NCBI GenBank assembly: GCA_041640035.1
Contig: JBEQBC010000003.1
Location: forward strand, 32,001 to 96,000
DNA from: Candidatus Nanohaloarchaea archaeon
Lineage (GTDB): Archaea; Nanohalarchaeota; Nanosalinia; Nanosalinales; Nanosalinaceae
Length of the DNA: 64,000 nucleotides
Direction of reading: 5' to 3'
Within the stretch, counting starts at the first letter, position 1. Every line of letters begins with the position of its first letter. The translations under genes were made by a program, and so were the position numbers. The notes under the pieces were generated by a model. It was not told where the DNA came from. It was given only the letters and a program-made list of their open reading frames with translations, and made no database searches. Positions 18,741 to 28,895 of this stretch are shown here, in pieces.

Positions 18741-20902
18741 TGATTGACGCACTGAGCTTCCAGAGACCGCTTGCATTACTGGTCCTAATTCCGCTCGTAT
18801 CCATGATGGTGTACAGGTTCAGAGAGGAAGCTGGAAGCAACTTCCTGCAGATAACCCGTCTGATGGTGATGGCAGTAGCTGTAATGGCGATAGCAAATCC
18901 CTCAGTTATAATTCCTGAGGTCTCAGGTCAAAAAACAGTTACATTACTACAAGATCAGTCGGACTCCTCCCAGATAATTCAGAGACAGCCATTAGATGTA
19001 CCTGGAGTCGAAATCAGAGAAAGAGAGTTCTCAGGTAGTACGCCTCAACAAACCACTAAAGCACTGATTTCTACCATGGAAGAGGATACAAATTATCTGA
19101 TATCATCGGATTTCCAGCTTGCTAAACAGAAGCTGAGCGATGAGCTAGAGGAGAAAAATGTAACTCTCTACGCACTTAAACAGGATACGAAAAAAGAGTA
19201 TGCGGTCAGCATTGAAGGACCAGATGAAACATACTTGGAAGCTGAGAACAGATATCAGGTAGAAATTGATACTTCTACAGCGGATAAGCCTTTACCAGAT
19301 GTAACAGTGGAAGGGAATCGAGTATCTCTAACGGAAAATGAGGAAGGATACAGCTTCAACTACACATTTGACTCAGAAGGTACCAAGAAGATTAAAGCAG
19401 AAATAAGCAATGATGATCAGTACAACAAGAACAACAGGTTTTACCATGTAGTTGATGTGAGGGATAAGCCGGACATCCTCTATGTAGGGGAAAGAGTTCA
19501 GGGATCTCACAATAGCTTACTGGATCAAAGCTTTTCTCAAGAGGCGCCAGATTCTCTGGAGAACTATGACACGGTAGTCACCAACTCTGAAGTTCCATCC
19601 CGGCTAAAATCGGAGATAATCTCAGGGCAGTCAGTTCTTCACACTGGACCGCTGAAAGAAAGAGAATACCTCCCACTCAAACCGGCTGAACAAGGACAGA
19701 GCGATGAATCTACCTTTGATATGGCCAGAGTAGTGATAGTGATAGATATCTCGGTAAGCAACACAGAGGATATAAGAAATAACAAAGCAATCGCCCTCAA
19801 CGCAGTTGACGGCCTATCAGCAAGTTCACAGGTGGCTGTAGTAGCTTATAACGATAATCCTTATCTTCTGTCTGAACTGAGATCTCTTCAGAACAATAGA
19901 GAAGAACTGAAGAACACTATCAAATCTATAGAGACAAAAGGACCGACCGATCATGCTGTAGGACTGAAAGCAGGAGATGACGCCTTAAACGGTCAAGGAA
20001 ACATGATAATGATTACTGATGGAGGTCTGAAAACCGACGCTCCCGGAGTTGAGAATGTGAAAGAAAGAACGCTGAGAAAAGCAGCTAACTCGTCTCTCAG
20101 GATTAATGTTGTGGATTCCAAGCCTTCCGTCAACCCTGAGTTCCTCCAAGAGGTAGCACAGCTGACAGACGGTATCTACTCCTCTACCGGTACTGAAGGA
20201 CCTCTCTCATTCGTATTTGATTCTCAGGAAGCATCCGGTAGAAACATGATTACAACAGTTGATAGAACTCATCCTGTAACCCGGCAGTATAGTTCAACTG
20301 TTTTCAGAGATATTCCGGGGGCTGAGGAAAAGGAGGGTGCTCAAACACTTATGAGATCTGAGCAGGGAACGCCTTACCTGTCCGTCTGGCGATACGGCAT
20401 CGGAAAAGTCGCAGCGATTAACGACCAGCAAATATCTCTGTCCTCTCTCACCTCACAGGACCCACAGATTGTTTTGAACACTCTCCAGTGGCTTTCTTCA
20501 GGAGGGGAAGACAATAAGACTGTTTTCGAGGGCACAAGGATGCCTGAGTCTACATATGTCAGTAGCAGCGGTTCCTTTGAAGGAGCTAATAGGCTTTCCC
20601 GCAACCGTTATGTGAAAACATTTGATTTCAACCAGACAGGATTCAAGAATGTAGCTGGGTCGGTAACACCATACAACTATCCTCTTGAAAAACAGAAGAT
20701 AGGTTACAGTGACGACATGAACGAAGTAGTCTCAGATACAGGTGGCGAGGTACTGGAAGAGGTAAGAAATGGACAAATTGATCAGATAGCAAACCAGGGT
20801 ACATCTAAAGACGCGTTATCACTGGAGAATCATCTGCTTGCGATACTTCTCGTCCTCCTCTTGATAGAGATTGGATTTAGGAAGAGAAAACGGATGATGT
20901 AA
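18740..20902 (+). CDS. Membrane-anchored von Willebrand factor A domain protein
   Basis: DQSDS and IDISVS (DxSxS), TDH, MITDG MIDAS elements, N- and C-terminal TM. Confidence 0.8.
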   Translation: MIDALSFQRPLALLVLIPLVSMMVYRFREEAGSNFLQITRLMVMAVAVMAIANPSVIIPEVSGQKTVTLLQDQSDSSQIIQRQPLDVPGVEIREREFSGSTPQQTTKALISTMEEDTNYLISSDFQLAKQKLSDELEEKNVTLYALKQDTKKEYAVSIEGPDETYLEAENRYQVEIDTSTADKPLPDVTVEGNRVSLTENEEGYSFNYTFDSEGTKKIKAEISNDDQYNKNNRFYHVVDVRDKPDILYVGERVQGSHNSLLDQSFSQEAPDSLENYDTVVTNSEVPSRLKSEIISGQSVLHTGPLKEREYLPLKPAEQGQSDESTFDMARVVIVIDISVSNTEDIRNNKAIALNAVDGLSASSQVAVVAYNDNPYLLSELRSLQNNREELKNTIKSIETKGPTDHAVGLKAGDDALNGQGNMIMITDGGLKTDAPGVENVKERTLRKAANSSLRINVVDSKPSVNPEFLQEVAQLTDGIYSSTGTEGPLSFVFDSQEASGRNMITTVDRTHPVTRQYSSTVFRDIPGAEEKEGAQTLMRSEQGTPYLSVWRYGIGKVAAINDQQISLSSLTSQDPQIVLNTLQWLSSGGEDNKTVFEGTRMPESTYVSSSGSFEGANRLSRNRYVKTFDFNQTGFKNVAGSVTPYNYPLEKQKIGYSDDMNEVVSDTGGEVLEEVRNGQIDQIANQGTSKDALSLENHLLAILLVLLLIEIGFRKRKRMM

Positions 20903-20959
20903 ACAGATTTTGACATATGTACTACTAGTTTTATACGACGCCCTGACTAACTCAGATAT

Positions 20960-21577
20960 ATGTCCAAAGTTCAGGAAAGCTTCTACGAACTAGCTCCCTA
21001 TCTACTAGATATCACGGTAGATAGTGACGGGAAAAGGATGTATGAAGGGAGAAGATTCGTTTATTTCCGTACAGGGCTCTTTTCTGAACTTTTCAAAAGT
21101 ATGAAGGATGTAATAGGACCTGTCGCTAACAGAAAGATAAAGGAGTTTGGAGTAAACGCCGGTGAAGATATCGCAACAGGTATGGATGAGGCTTTCAAGG
21201 ACACAGGTCCAATTGAAATAGCGCAGTTGATGCTAGCAACCGGTTTTGACTACAAAAACATCTTGAACATCAAGCCTACAGATGATCTCTCACAGCTCCA
21301 CAAGATCTTTGGATATGGCCGTTATGTCGGCTGGATTGGACCTGTAGAGATACTAGAGTACGAGGAAGAACAAAAGATTGTTGTCGAAGTTAAGAATACT
21401 TTCGAATCCTACAGCTACGATATAACAGAAGAAAAACAGTGCAAATTCATAACAGGAGTGTTTGAAGGTCTCGTCAAATATTACTGGGAAGCAGAAAACC
21501 TTGAATCAGGGGAAATACAGTGTAAATGCGAATCAGAGGACAACCAGACCTGTCAGATGAAGGTGACGGCGGAATGA
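20960..21577 (+). CDS. V4R-domain protein
   Basis: C.FITGVFEGL....E.QC......C V4R Cys pattern. Confidence 0.75.
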   Translation: MSKVQESFYELAPYLLDITVDSDGKRMYEGRRFVYFRTGLFSELFKSMKDVIGPVANRKIKEFGVNAGEDIATGMDEAFKDTGPIEIAQLMLATGFDYKNILNIKPTDDLSQLHKIFGYGRYVGWIGPVEILEYEEEQKIVVEVKNTFESYSYDITEEKQCKFITGVFEGLVKYYWEAENLESGEIQCKCESEDNQTCQMKVTAE

Positions 21578-22110
21578 AGTTTGACACAGATGAGATAAAC
21601 AACAGAATATCAGAAAGATTCAACATGCTGAATAAGAACCACGATGTGGCAGCCGATGAAAACGGCGATGCTATGATAGGTGCCCACAGGTTCAATATAA
21701 TGGGAGCTGACTACTTCATGGCAGATATGCTTCATGACCTGAAAGAAATCTATGGAGATGGAGCTGGAGCCATTATGAAGAGTACAGGACAGAGCTACGG
21801 CAAAAACATTCACGGCGTACTTGATGGCGCAGATGATGCATCAGAAGCACTAGGGTACGATCTTGGGCTTCTAAAATACCTTGGTTACTCGAACATCTCT
21901 ATAGAAGACGATAAAATAATTGTTGCATCCTCGCCAACAGCTGAATCATACAAAAGAAAGTATGATGAAGAGGTCAAGACTTGTTTCTTTCTCTCAGGTG
22001 TTTTTCAGTCTCTGATACAGGCGCATAACGAAGATGCATCAGTTCAAGAAGTGAAATGTCTTGCTGATGGAGCTGAAAAGTGCATATTCAGGGTAGAAAC
22101 CGGTCAGTAA
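21574..22110 (+). CDS. V4R-domain protein
   Basis: TCFFLSGVF...EVKCLADGAEKCIF, ATGA overlap with the previous gene. Confidence 0.8.
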   Translation: MKFDTDEINNRISERFNMLNKNHDVAADENGDAMIGAHRFNIMGADYFMADMLHDLKEIYGDGAGAIMKSTGQSYGKNIHGVLDGADDASEALGYDLGLLKYLGYSNISIEDDKIIVASSPTAESYKRKYDEEVKTCFFLSGVFQSLIQAHNEDASVQEVKCLADGAEKCIFRVETGQ

Positions 22111-22183
22111 TACCGTGGTTAAGCTATAAAAGCCGGTAAAGCCCAATACGAACTATAACCCAAAAAGGTGTAACAAATACTCA

Positions 22184-22858
22184 ATGAGTTTCTTTGACAA
22201 TATAAGAGGATCAGTGGAAAAAATAAAGCCAGGCTCCGACTCCAGCAGCGGTAGTAGTGGGGGAAGCGGTTCTGGAGGCTTCGAAGGTTCAGACTTCGAT
22301 TCATCATTCGACGGCGGAGACTCAGGTGGCGACGCAGGAAACTCGTTTGATTCTGACCTAGGAGGAAACTCAGGAGGTCAAGGACCTGATCCTATGGGAG
22401 GACAGGGACAGCAGCCTTCAGGTAACGGGCCAGGTCAGCAAGCCCCACAGGGCGGTCAAAACGACGCCATGGGTGGACAAAGTCCACAGCAGGGTCCTTC
22501 ACAGCCTGGAAATAACAATAATATGGGCGGTAGAGGAGGACAGCAACAAGGTAATCAGAATACGCCTTCTGGAATGAAATCAGGTAACCAAGGTCAGGGA
22601 TTAAATGCTGGCAATGATCAGCAGAACTCTCTGGGCCAGAACAACCAGTCCGGAAGTTCGATTGATGCACCTAATCCTCAGGCAGGCAGACCTCAGCAGG
22701 GAGGAGATTCACCGCAGGTCAGTCAGCAGACCGAGCAGAAGATGCAGAATGCGTTAGGCGGCGGTTCAGGCGGTGATTCCGGTGATATGGAGGAGTTGAA
22801 GCAGCAGAATCAGCAGATTATCCAGTTGCTTCAGCAGATTTCCAACCAGCTTCAATAA
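22184..22858 (+). CDS. Low-complexity Gly/Gln/Ser/Asn-rich protein
   Basis: Open 224-codon frame with own terminator, N-terminal amphipathic helix, C-terminal coiled-coil. Confidence 0.75.
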   Translation: MSFFDNIRGSVEKIKPGSDSSSGSSGGSGSGGFEGSDFDSSFDGGDSGGDAGNSFDSDLGGNSGGQGPDPMGGQGQQPSGNGPGQQAPQGGQNDAMGGQSPQQGPSQPGNNNNMGGRGGQQQGNQNTPSGMKSGNQGQGLNAGNDQQNSLGQNNQSGSSIDAPNPQAGRPQQGGDSPQVSQQTEQKMQNALGGGSGGDSGDMEELKQQNQQIIQLLQQISNQLQ

Positions 22859-22875
22859 ACTTCTTTTTTCCCTCA

Positions 22876-23199
22876 TTAATTCATTATTGTTGATACACTC
22901 CAGATGCCTTTTATGACAAGTATGTAGGCCAGGTATATCTTGAAGTCGGCCAGTATCGGCGGTGTTCCTATGTAAAGTATTCCTGCTGACATTATGTCTG
23001 CTCCGCCACCTAGATAGTAGACAGGGGCTGGCAGAGGAAACGGTTTCACCATGGTTCCGATTCCCTTGAATATAAGGAATGCAGCATGAACTTCTGATAT
23101 TACATCGGGTACTGCCGAGGCCGTGAATAATAGAAGTATTCCGGATATAAGGTCTGCGAGGCCTAGTGGGTCTAGAGGATTTACTGGTCCGGGAATCAT
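22876..23199 (-). CDS. Small hypothetical membrane protein
   Basis: Hydrophobic 107 aa with internal repeat (ADLISG..L...KGIG / ADIMSAG.L...KGIW). Confidence 0.65.
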   Translation of the reverse strand: MIPGPVNPLDPLGLADLISGILLLFTASAVPDVISEVHAAFLIFKGIGTMVKPFPLPAPVYYLGGGADIMSAGILYIGTPPILADFKIYLAYILVIKGIWSVSTIMN

Positions 23200-23227
23200 T
23201 CCAAGATTTGATTTGAACCTGAGTTAT

Positions 23228-23692
23228 TTATTCCAGTTCCACTACTTTGTCAGCTGCATTTCTCAGGGCTGTTGAGAATCCTGGCTCCATACCGATAATC
23301 ACAGTTTCCTTCCCATGCTCCTTCGCCTTCTGTATAACTGGAAGAAAGTCTGTGTCTCTGGTTACAAGTACAATTATATCGATATCGTCGTTGAAAACTG
23401 CTTCCATGGCGTTTACTGCCATGTATACATCTACATCGCTTTCCTTGTCTTTCTCTCCGCCCAGACCGAGATCTGCTTCGAATCCCTGTGAAATGATGGC
23501 TTCAATTAGCTTATCGGATGCGTACTGGTTGAGAAATACTTTTCCTATCTTTATCTCTCCAAATTCTGATATCTCTTCTCTCAGGTTATCTAGATCTAGG
23601 TCGAACTCTCTTCTAACGACATTAGGACCGTCTACGAATGCTGCTACATTCGGCTCATTTGAGATTCCTTCTTTTATCCTGTTGAAAACCAT
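23228..23692 (-). CDS. NYN domain (LabA/DUF88, PIN-like) protein
   Basis: FVDGPN, DVDVYM, TRDTDFLP, S.ALRNAAD. Confidence 0.9.
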   Translation of the reverse strand: MVFNRIKEGISNEPNVAAFVDGPNVVRREFDLDLDNLREEISEFGEIKIGKVFLNQYASDKLIEAIISQGFEADLGLGGEKDKESDVDVYMAVNAMEAVFNDDIDIIVLVTRDTDFLPVIQKAKEHGKETVIIGMEPGFSTALRNAADKVVELE

Positions 23693-23757
23693 AGATCTCT
23701 TCCACTTACTCCTATCTAAATAATTTGGACGATGCCTTGAAATAATGTAGGTCCCGG

Positions 23758-24510
23758 TCACCGCTCAAGGTCAAAAAGTTCACGGCAGTTCCTCGTCGTA
23801 ACCTCCTTAACCTTTGAAACCGGCACATTCTTGATCTCTGCTACTTCTTCCGCGACTTCATCCACGGTTATAGGAGTGTTTCGTTCTCCCTGCTTCAGAA
23901 ACGGTGAATCGGTCTCAAGAACAAGATTTTCCAGAGGAACAGTCTCAACAATACTTTGAACTCTGCTGGAGTAAACCACTTGATAGGTCACTCCGACAAC
24001 CATGTCATCCTCAACAGCTTCTTCAACCTGAGAAACACTTCCGTTGAAACAGTGCAGGTAGCAGTCAATATCTCTACCTTTCAGCACTTCCAGAACTTGC
24101 TTTTCGGCGTTTCTGCTGTGAACAACGACCGGAAGATTAAGCTCCTCAGCAGTTTCCACCATTTCGATGAAAACCTTTTCTTGCTTCTCACGCATCTCTT
24201 CTTCCTCTACATGGTGGTAGTCCATTCCTATTTCACCGACGGCCCAGAAATTGTGCTTCTCTAACTGTTTCTTGACTTCTTCGACCTGGTCAAAAGCATC
24301 GGTATGAGTTGGATGTATTCCTGCAGTAGCATAGATAAAATCAGAATGATTTCCCTGTAGTGAAAGCGATTCCTGGTTTGTTTCTGGATCTCTTCCGGAG
24401 TTAACAACGAGTTCAAGTTCTTCACTGCATTTTTCGATGACTTCTTCTCTGTCTTCGTCGAAACTGTCGTAGTCTAGGTGGCAGTGGGCGTCCGCAGCCT
24501 TTTCGTTCAT
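23758..24510 (-). CDS. tatD: TatD-family nuclease
   Basis: DAHCHLD, GIHP, VGEIGMD, VVHSR, LHCF, LETDSPF. Confidence 0.95.
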   Translation of the reverse strand: MNEKAADAHCHLDYDSFDEDREEVIEKCSEELELVVNSGRDPETNQESLSLQGNHSDFIYATAGIHPTHTDAFDQVEEVKKQLEKHNFWAVGEIGMDYHHVEEEEMREKQEKVFIEMVETAEELNLPVVVHSRNAEKQVLEVLKGRDIDCYLHCFNGSVSQVEEAVEDDMVVGVTYQVVYSSRVQSIVETVPLENLVLETDSPFLKQGERNTPITVDEVAEEVAEIKNVPVSKVKEVTTRNCRELFDLER

Positions 24511-25091
24511 CTTTTCTCCCTGTCCAGTCTTGCCTCGGTAGCTCCTTTCTGACCCATGTATTTGGAATCTTTTTTCTCTCCGTAAGGGTTCTCCGCTTCA
24601 CTTGTCATGGTTTCGATTGCCATTTGGCAGATACGGTCTTCAGGGTATATCGTGATAGGTACATTTCCAAGGTTCTGGATCTCCAGTGTTATCTGGCCTC
24701 TGAAACCGGCGTCGACGAATCCTCCGGCTGCGTGAGGGATTAATCCCATTCTTGCGTAGCTGCTTCGTCCTTCAATCCTTGCTACAAGGTCGTTCGGTAT
24801 GTTCACAGTTTCCAGGGTTGTTCCCAGAACAAATTCTCCTGGATGTACCACGATCCCTTCTTCTGGTGTTGCCTTCATATTTTCCTGCAGGTTGCTGTAC
24901 TGGTCCATGTCTTTAGTATCGAGTGCCTGCACTTTTCGGGTTCTCAGAAGCCCGAACTCGTATCCTAGTCTGAGATCTATGGAAGAAGGACCAATCTGTA
25001 GGTCCTGATCTATTTCTGGTCCCTCGTCTACATATACCGCGTTTTCCTCCTCTATCACTTTTTTCAGATCCTTGTCTGAAAGTATAGCCAT
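24507..25091 (-). CDS. dcd: dCTP deaminase
   Basis: ILSD, PSSIDLRLG, GRSSYARMG, VDAGFRGQITLE. Confidence 0.93.
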   Translation of the reverse strand: MAILSDKDLKKVIEEENAVYVDEGPEIDQDLQIGPSSIDLRLGYEFGLLRTRKVQALDTKDMDQYSNLQENMKATPEEGIVVHPGEFVLGTTLETVNIPNDLVARIEGRSSYARMGLIPHAAGGFVDAGFRGQITLEIQNLGNVPITIYPEDRICQMAIETMTSEAENPYGEKKDSKYMGQKGATEARLDREKR

Positions 25092-25153
25092 ATACAGAAT
25101 ACCTGTTCGTCGAAGTTTTTAATCTTCACAACCCATTTATTCAGTAAAGTTTC

Positions 25154-26650
25154 ATGAAAACCAAAATCTTACTTCTACTCAGTATACTGATGTTGCCTGC
25201 TGTGGCAGCACAGGTAAGCTATGATATAGAAACAGAGCCTGATAACGCAAATATATCGGTAGAGGTGGTGTTGGACTGTGCTAGATTTAGATGTCCGGAA
25301 CTTCAATGGGCAAAATCCTCTCACCACCAACTAGTTAATGTAACTGACGCAGAAGGTATTATTGAAGATTATGAAGTAACTGATGAATATGTAGTAGTTG
25401 ATGCTGGTTCTCCGATAAGAGGCCAAGAAAAGGTACTCAAATTGAACTTTCGGACGGATAAAGATGCTGAAGAAATATATAATGGTCTACATAGAAGAAT
25501 AATATCTCTCTCAGGTTTTTCGAATGAGTCTATGCAAGGTAAAGTATACAGCGAAAATCTGGTATCTGGAGATATAGGCTATGGTTTTGAATCATCCTAT
25601 GAGGACAGCAATTTTAATTTCACTGGCAAGGGACAAGTTAATATCTATCTAAACTTCGGTTCGGGCCAGGAAACCGATCACTATATTTTCTTCGGTGAAG
25701 ATCCCGGATTTGATACTGAAGAGGTATACGAAATCTCGGTCGGAACTACAGGGCTTGTGCAGAGATATGAGAAGATACCTGTAGCTATCATGCCTTCAGA
25801 AAGGTATAACCGGACACAAACCAAGTGGAGTGCGGGGGAATACAGTTCTGGCTCAATCAGGCTCCGTGACACTGATGAAAGTTCTCTGAAGGCAACACTT
25901 GGCCGTGAAACCGTTCATGCCTTGAATGATGACTTACTTGACTGGGATGCAACTTCCTCCTCCTACATGGACGAAGGAACTTCCGAATTTGTGGGTTACC
26001 TTTTTGAGAGAAGGCAGGTTCCGGTTGATGAGAGAGATGGGAGCGTGAGGCAGCTTTTTGGCGAACCAGTGACTTTTGATGAGGATCCTACTGATAGGCA
26101 TTATACCAAGATTTCTTCTAGAGGCAATATAGAGGAATTATGGAACTACTATCAGAATGATTTAGATTATATGAAAACTTGGTCTCCGACTGATCAAGAA
26201 CACAGAAGTTTTGGCTACGCCTACTCACAGCTTATAGTCAGGCATAACTTGATTGAAAAGAATATTACTTTGCAGCAACTGTATGATTATCTTGAAGTGG
26301 ATAGGGAGATCGAAAGCTCCGAGAAAAAATGGCAGGCTCTCTCAGAAAATCTGGATTTGACGCCGTGCAATTCTGAGAGCCGTGAAGAGTTCGATCAGTG
26401 TCTTGAGGAAGCGAACGACCATTCTAACTTTGAATCATTCAGAGCCGAACCTAACAGAGACCGTGGTAACCTGATAATCAATGAAACTGAGACGCCAGAG
26501 TACGACGAGAACAAGTTAAATTATGGCTCAGACAACAGGACGGTTACCGATGGTGTATCCGGCAGAGAATCCTTCGGCTCTTTCGTTAAAAGCATTCTGG
26601 ACTTCACTACAGATCTGATAAATTCGCTGCTTCTCAATATCGGTAAGTGA
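25154..26650 (+). CDS. Secreted protein with degenerate gluzincin-like motif
   Basis: Signal peptide, RETVH (in place of HExxH) then YMDEGTSEF. Confidence 0.6.
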   Translation: MKTKILLLLSILMLPAVAAQVSYDIETEPDNANISVEVVLDCARFRCPELQWAKSSHHQLVNVTDAEGIIEDYEVTDEYVVVDAGSPIRGQEKVLKLNFRTDKDAEEIYNGLHRRIISLSGFSNESMQGKVYSENLVSGDIGYGFESSYEDSNFNFTGKGQVNIYLNFGSGQETDHYIFFGEDPGFDTEEVYEISVGTTGLVQRYEKIPVAIMPSERYNRTQTKWSAGEYSSGSIRLRDTDESSLKATLGRETVHALNDDLLDWDATSSSYMDEGTSEFVGYLFERRQVPVDERDGSVRQLFGEPVTFDEDPTDRHYTKISSRGNIEELWNYYQNDLDYMKTWSPTDQEHRSFGYAYSQLIVRHNLIEKNITLQQLYDYLEVDREIESSEKKWQALSENLDLTPCNSESREEFDQCLEEANDHSNFESFRAEPNRDRGNLIINETETPEYDENKLNYGSDNRTVTDGVSGRESFGSFVKSILDFTTDLINSLLLNIGK

Positions 26651-26700
26651 AAGGCTATGTTTTGGAATCCTGTTAAATACCTGGAGTATCCAAGATTTGA

Positions 26701-27651
26701 ATGATGGATAGTAAGTACCGTGAATATCTTTCAGTATATCTGAAAGGTCTAGGAATGGGTACAGCCGACGCAATACCCGGTGTTTCTGGAGGAACGATTG
26801 CACTCATCACAGGCATCTATCAGCGACTGATACATGCGATATCAGCGATTGATGTTTACACAGGCCTGGACATGCTGAAAGCTCTAGGAAGCGGAGATAA
26901 AGATAATCTCAAACAGGAAATAGACGATATAGACGGCTACTTCCTCGTATCACTCGCCGCCGGTATCATGACGGCGCTCTTCTTCGTACTGAACCTGATG
27001 CATTACCTACTGGCAAACCACACAGTTATCACCTATGGATTCTTCTTCGGACTGATAGCAGCCTCAGCCATATTATTATTCAGCCAAGCACAGCTTCAAA
27101 CACATAGAAGCCGTATAGCAGCTTTAACCGGTTTTTTGACAGCTTTCCTGCTCTCAGGTTATGGAGCTGCCACGCTTGGAAACAGCTTACCAGTCTTGTT
27201 TATTTCGGGCGCGGTTGCTGTCAGCGCGATGCTGCTTCCCGGTATCTCCGGATCTCTTATCCTGGTTATTATGGGGCAGTATGATTTCATGACTTCTGCT
27301 CTCTCAGACTTCACTGATGCTGTGATAAGTATCGGAGACACAGGTCTTGATGGAGTTGCTGAATCAGCTCCTCCTATAGTAGTTTTTGTTTTTGGAGCAG
27401 TTGTAGGTGTGTTTTCAGTTGCTAATCTGGTTCAGAAAGCGCTTGATAATTATAGGCAGGCTACGATGGCGTTCCTTGTAAGTATGATTGTTGGAGCGCT
27501 TCGTGCACCGGTCGCAGAAGTAAATATCTTCCTTGCAGAACAATCAACTACATGGATAACGGTACTTCCGTCCTTCGTGGGCTCAGCGATTTTCGGCGGC
27601 TTACTTGTCGGAGCGGTAAGTTTCTTTACTTCAGCGGATCCTATATCTTAG
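26701..27651 (+). CDS. DUF368 family membrane protein
   Basis: KGLGMGTADAIPGVSGGTIA, AMLLPGISGS. Confidence 0.92.
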   Translation: MMDSKYREYLSVYLKGLGMGTADAIPGVSGGTIALITGIYQRLIHAISAIDVYTGLDMLKALGSGDKDNLKQEIDDIDGYFLVSLAAGIMTALFFVLNLMHYLLANHTVITYGFFFGLIAASAILLFSQAQLQTHRSRIAALTGFLTAFLLSGYGAATLGNSLPVLFISGAVAVSAMLLPGISGSLILVIMGQYDFMTSALSDFTDAVISIGDTGLDGVAESAPPIVVFVFGAVVGVFSVANLVQKALDNYRQATMAFLVSMIVGALRAPVAEVNIFLAEQSTTWITVLPSFVGSAIFGGLLVGAVSFFTSADPIS

Positions 27652-28869
27652 GATGGCCGCGATTCCTCCCATGTTCATCAATCTCTGTCCTTCCTCATGA
27701 TCTGTAGAAATTATCTCTAGCTCTGAGCTCATTTCCTCAGCTTTCTTACCCAGTACATCGACGATATCTCCCAGTTCTTCTAGAGACATGGATTCTCCGC
27801 ATTCTGGGCATTCTATCTCGTCAGCTATGTCAGCTTCTTCCTCGTAAATTCGTTCCTCGTGGCCGTTTTCACATTCGTAGATTGCTTCGTACATGTTGAC
27901 ATCTTCGGATATCAGTACTGTGTCTACAGCTCCGATCTTCATTGCTTCATGGACCTGGTCTATACCGTACTCTGATTTGCCATTATCTGTTTTCAGGTTC
28001 TCATAGAACTTGTTAACGAGGTTGCGCTCCTTGACAACTTGGCTGTCTTCGATAGATTCTTCTGCTTTGTCGACTAGTCTTGAAAGTCCTGCTTCTCCGG
28101 ATACATCCAGGGATTTCACATCGATAATTTCGTCCTGCAGTGCCTGGTGAAGGTGGTCGTCGTCAACAAGTTTGTCCTTCACGAATCCTGGTCCTCCTAT
28201 TATCAGGCCTAGAAGGTTGCCTTCTCGTGCTTTCTTCATGAATGCGTTCTTTGCTTTCTCTGCTATTTCGTCAAGGAATGTCTTCAGCATCTCCTCTCTG
28301 AGACGGGAGAAACGCTGTGCTGACTGCCCTCCGGCCTTGGTCTTACCAGGGACATTAGATTCAAGTGTGTAGACTGTCTTGATACTTGAACCCTGAAGAT
28401 AACCAATCGCAGCCTCGTTCTTATCAGCAACAATCAGGCCGTACACACGGTCATCAACGACCATCTCTTTCAAGGGTTCGAGTACGAACTCTTTGTCGCA
28501 CCTGTAGTGCCGGGATTCGATTGGCTGAGGTGGCTGTACCTCCCATATCTGGATATCTGGTCGTCCTTCAGTATCTGAAACATTTCCTGCGAAGAAAGCT
28601 ACTCCGTTCTCAGGTGTGGTCTGCTCTTCCTTCACTTTACGGCCGATTTTGCCCAGTGCGTCCTGAACATTGGTCCGTGTATGTTTGGACTTGATGTTCT
28701 CTGCCTCGGACTGTTCGCTTGTGATGAAGTCCGAGATCTTGGACATATCGTAACCGGCCGGGATGTAGAGTGAGACCAGTTCGGTGTTACGGCCTCTGAT
28801 ATCCTCGAGGTCGCTGATCAGTTTCTTCAATTGGTACTTGTTCATTCCGTGGTTTTCGTCTTTGCTCAT
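27631..28869 (-). CDS. prf1: Peptide chain release factor aRF1
   Basis: NIKS, YRCD, GGQS motifs, C-terminal Zn-ribbon minidomain. Confidence 0.97.
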   Translation of the reverse strand: MSKDENHGMNKYQLKKLISDLEDIRGRNTELVSLYIPAGYDMSKISDFITSEQSEAENIKSKHTRTNVQDALGKIGRKVKEEQTTPENGVAFFAGNVSDTEGRPDIQIWEVQPPQPIESRHYRCDKEFVLEPLKEMVVDDRVYGLIVADKNEAAIGYLQGSSIKTVYTLESNVPGKTKAGGQSAQRFSRLREEMLKTFLDEIAEKAKNAFMKKAREGNLLGLIIGGPGFVKDKLVDDDHLHQALQDEIIDVKSLDVSGEAGLSRLVDKAEESIEDSQVVKERNLVNKFYENLKTDNGKSEYGIDQVHEAMKIGAVDTVLISEDVNMYEAIYECENGHEERIYEEEADIADEIECPECGESMSLEELGDIVDVLGKKAEEMSSELEIISTDHEEGQRLMNMGGIAAILRYRIR

Positions 28870-28895
28870 ATCTTTAGATGGCGAAGTGAATTCTT

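Noticed and set aside
27780-27880. Zn-ribbon insertion in aRF1
   Set aside because: Known minidomain of many archaeal and eukaryotic class I release factors
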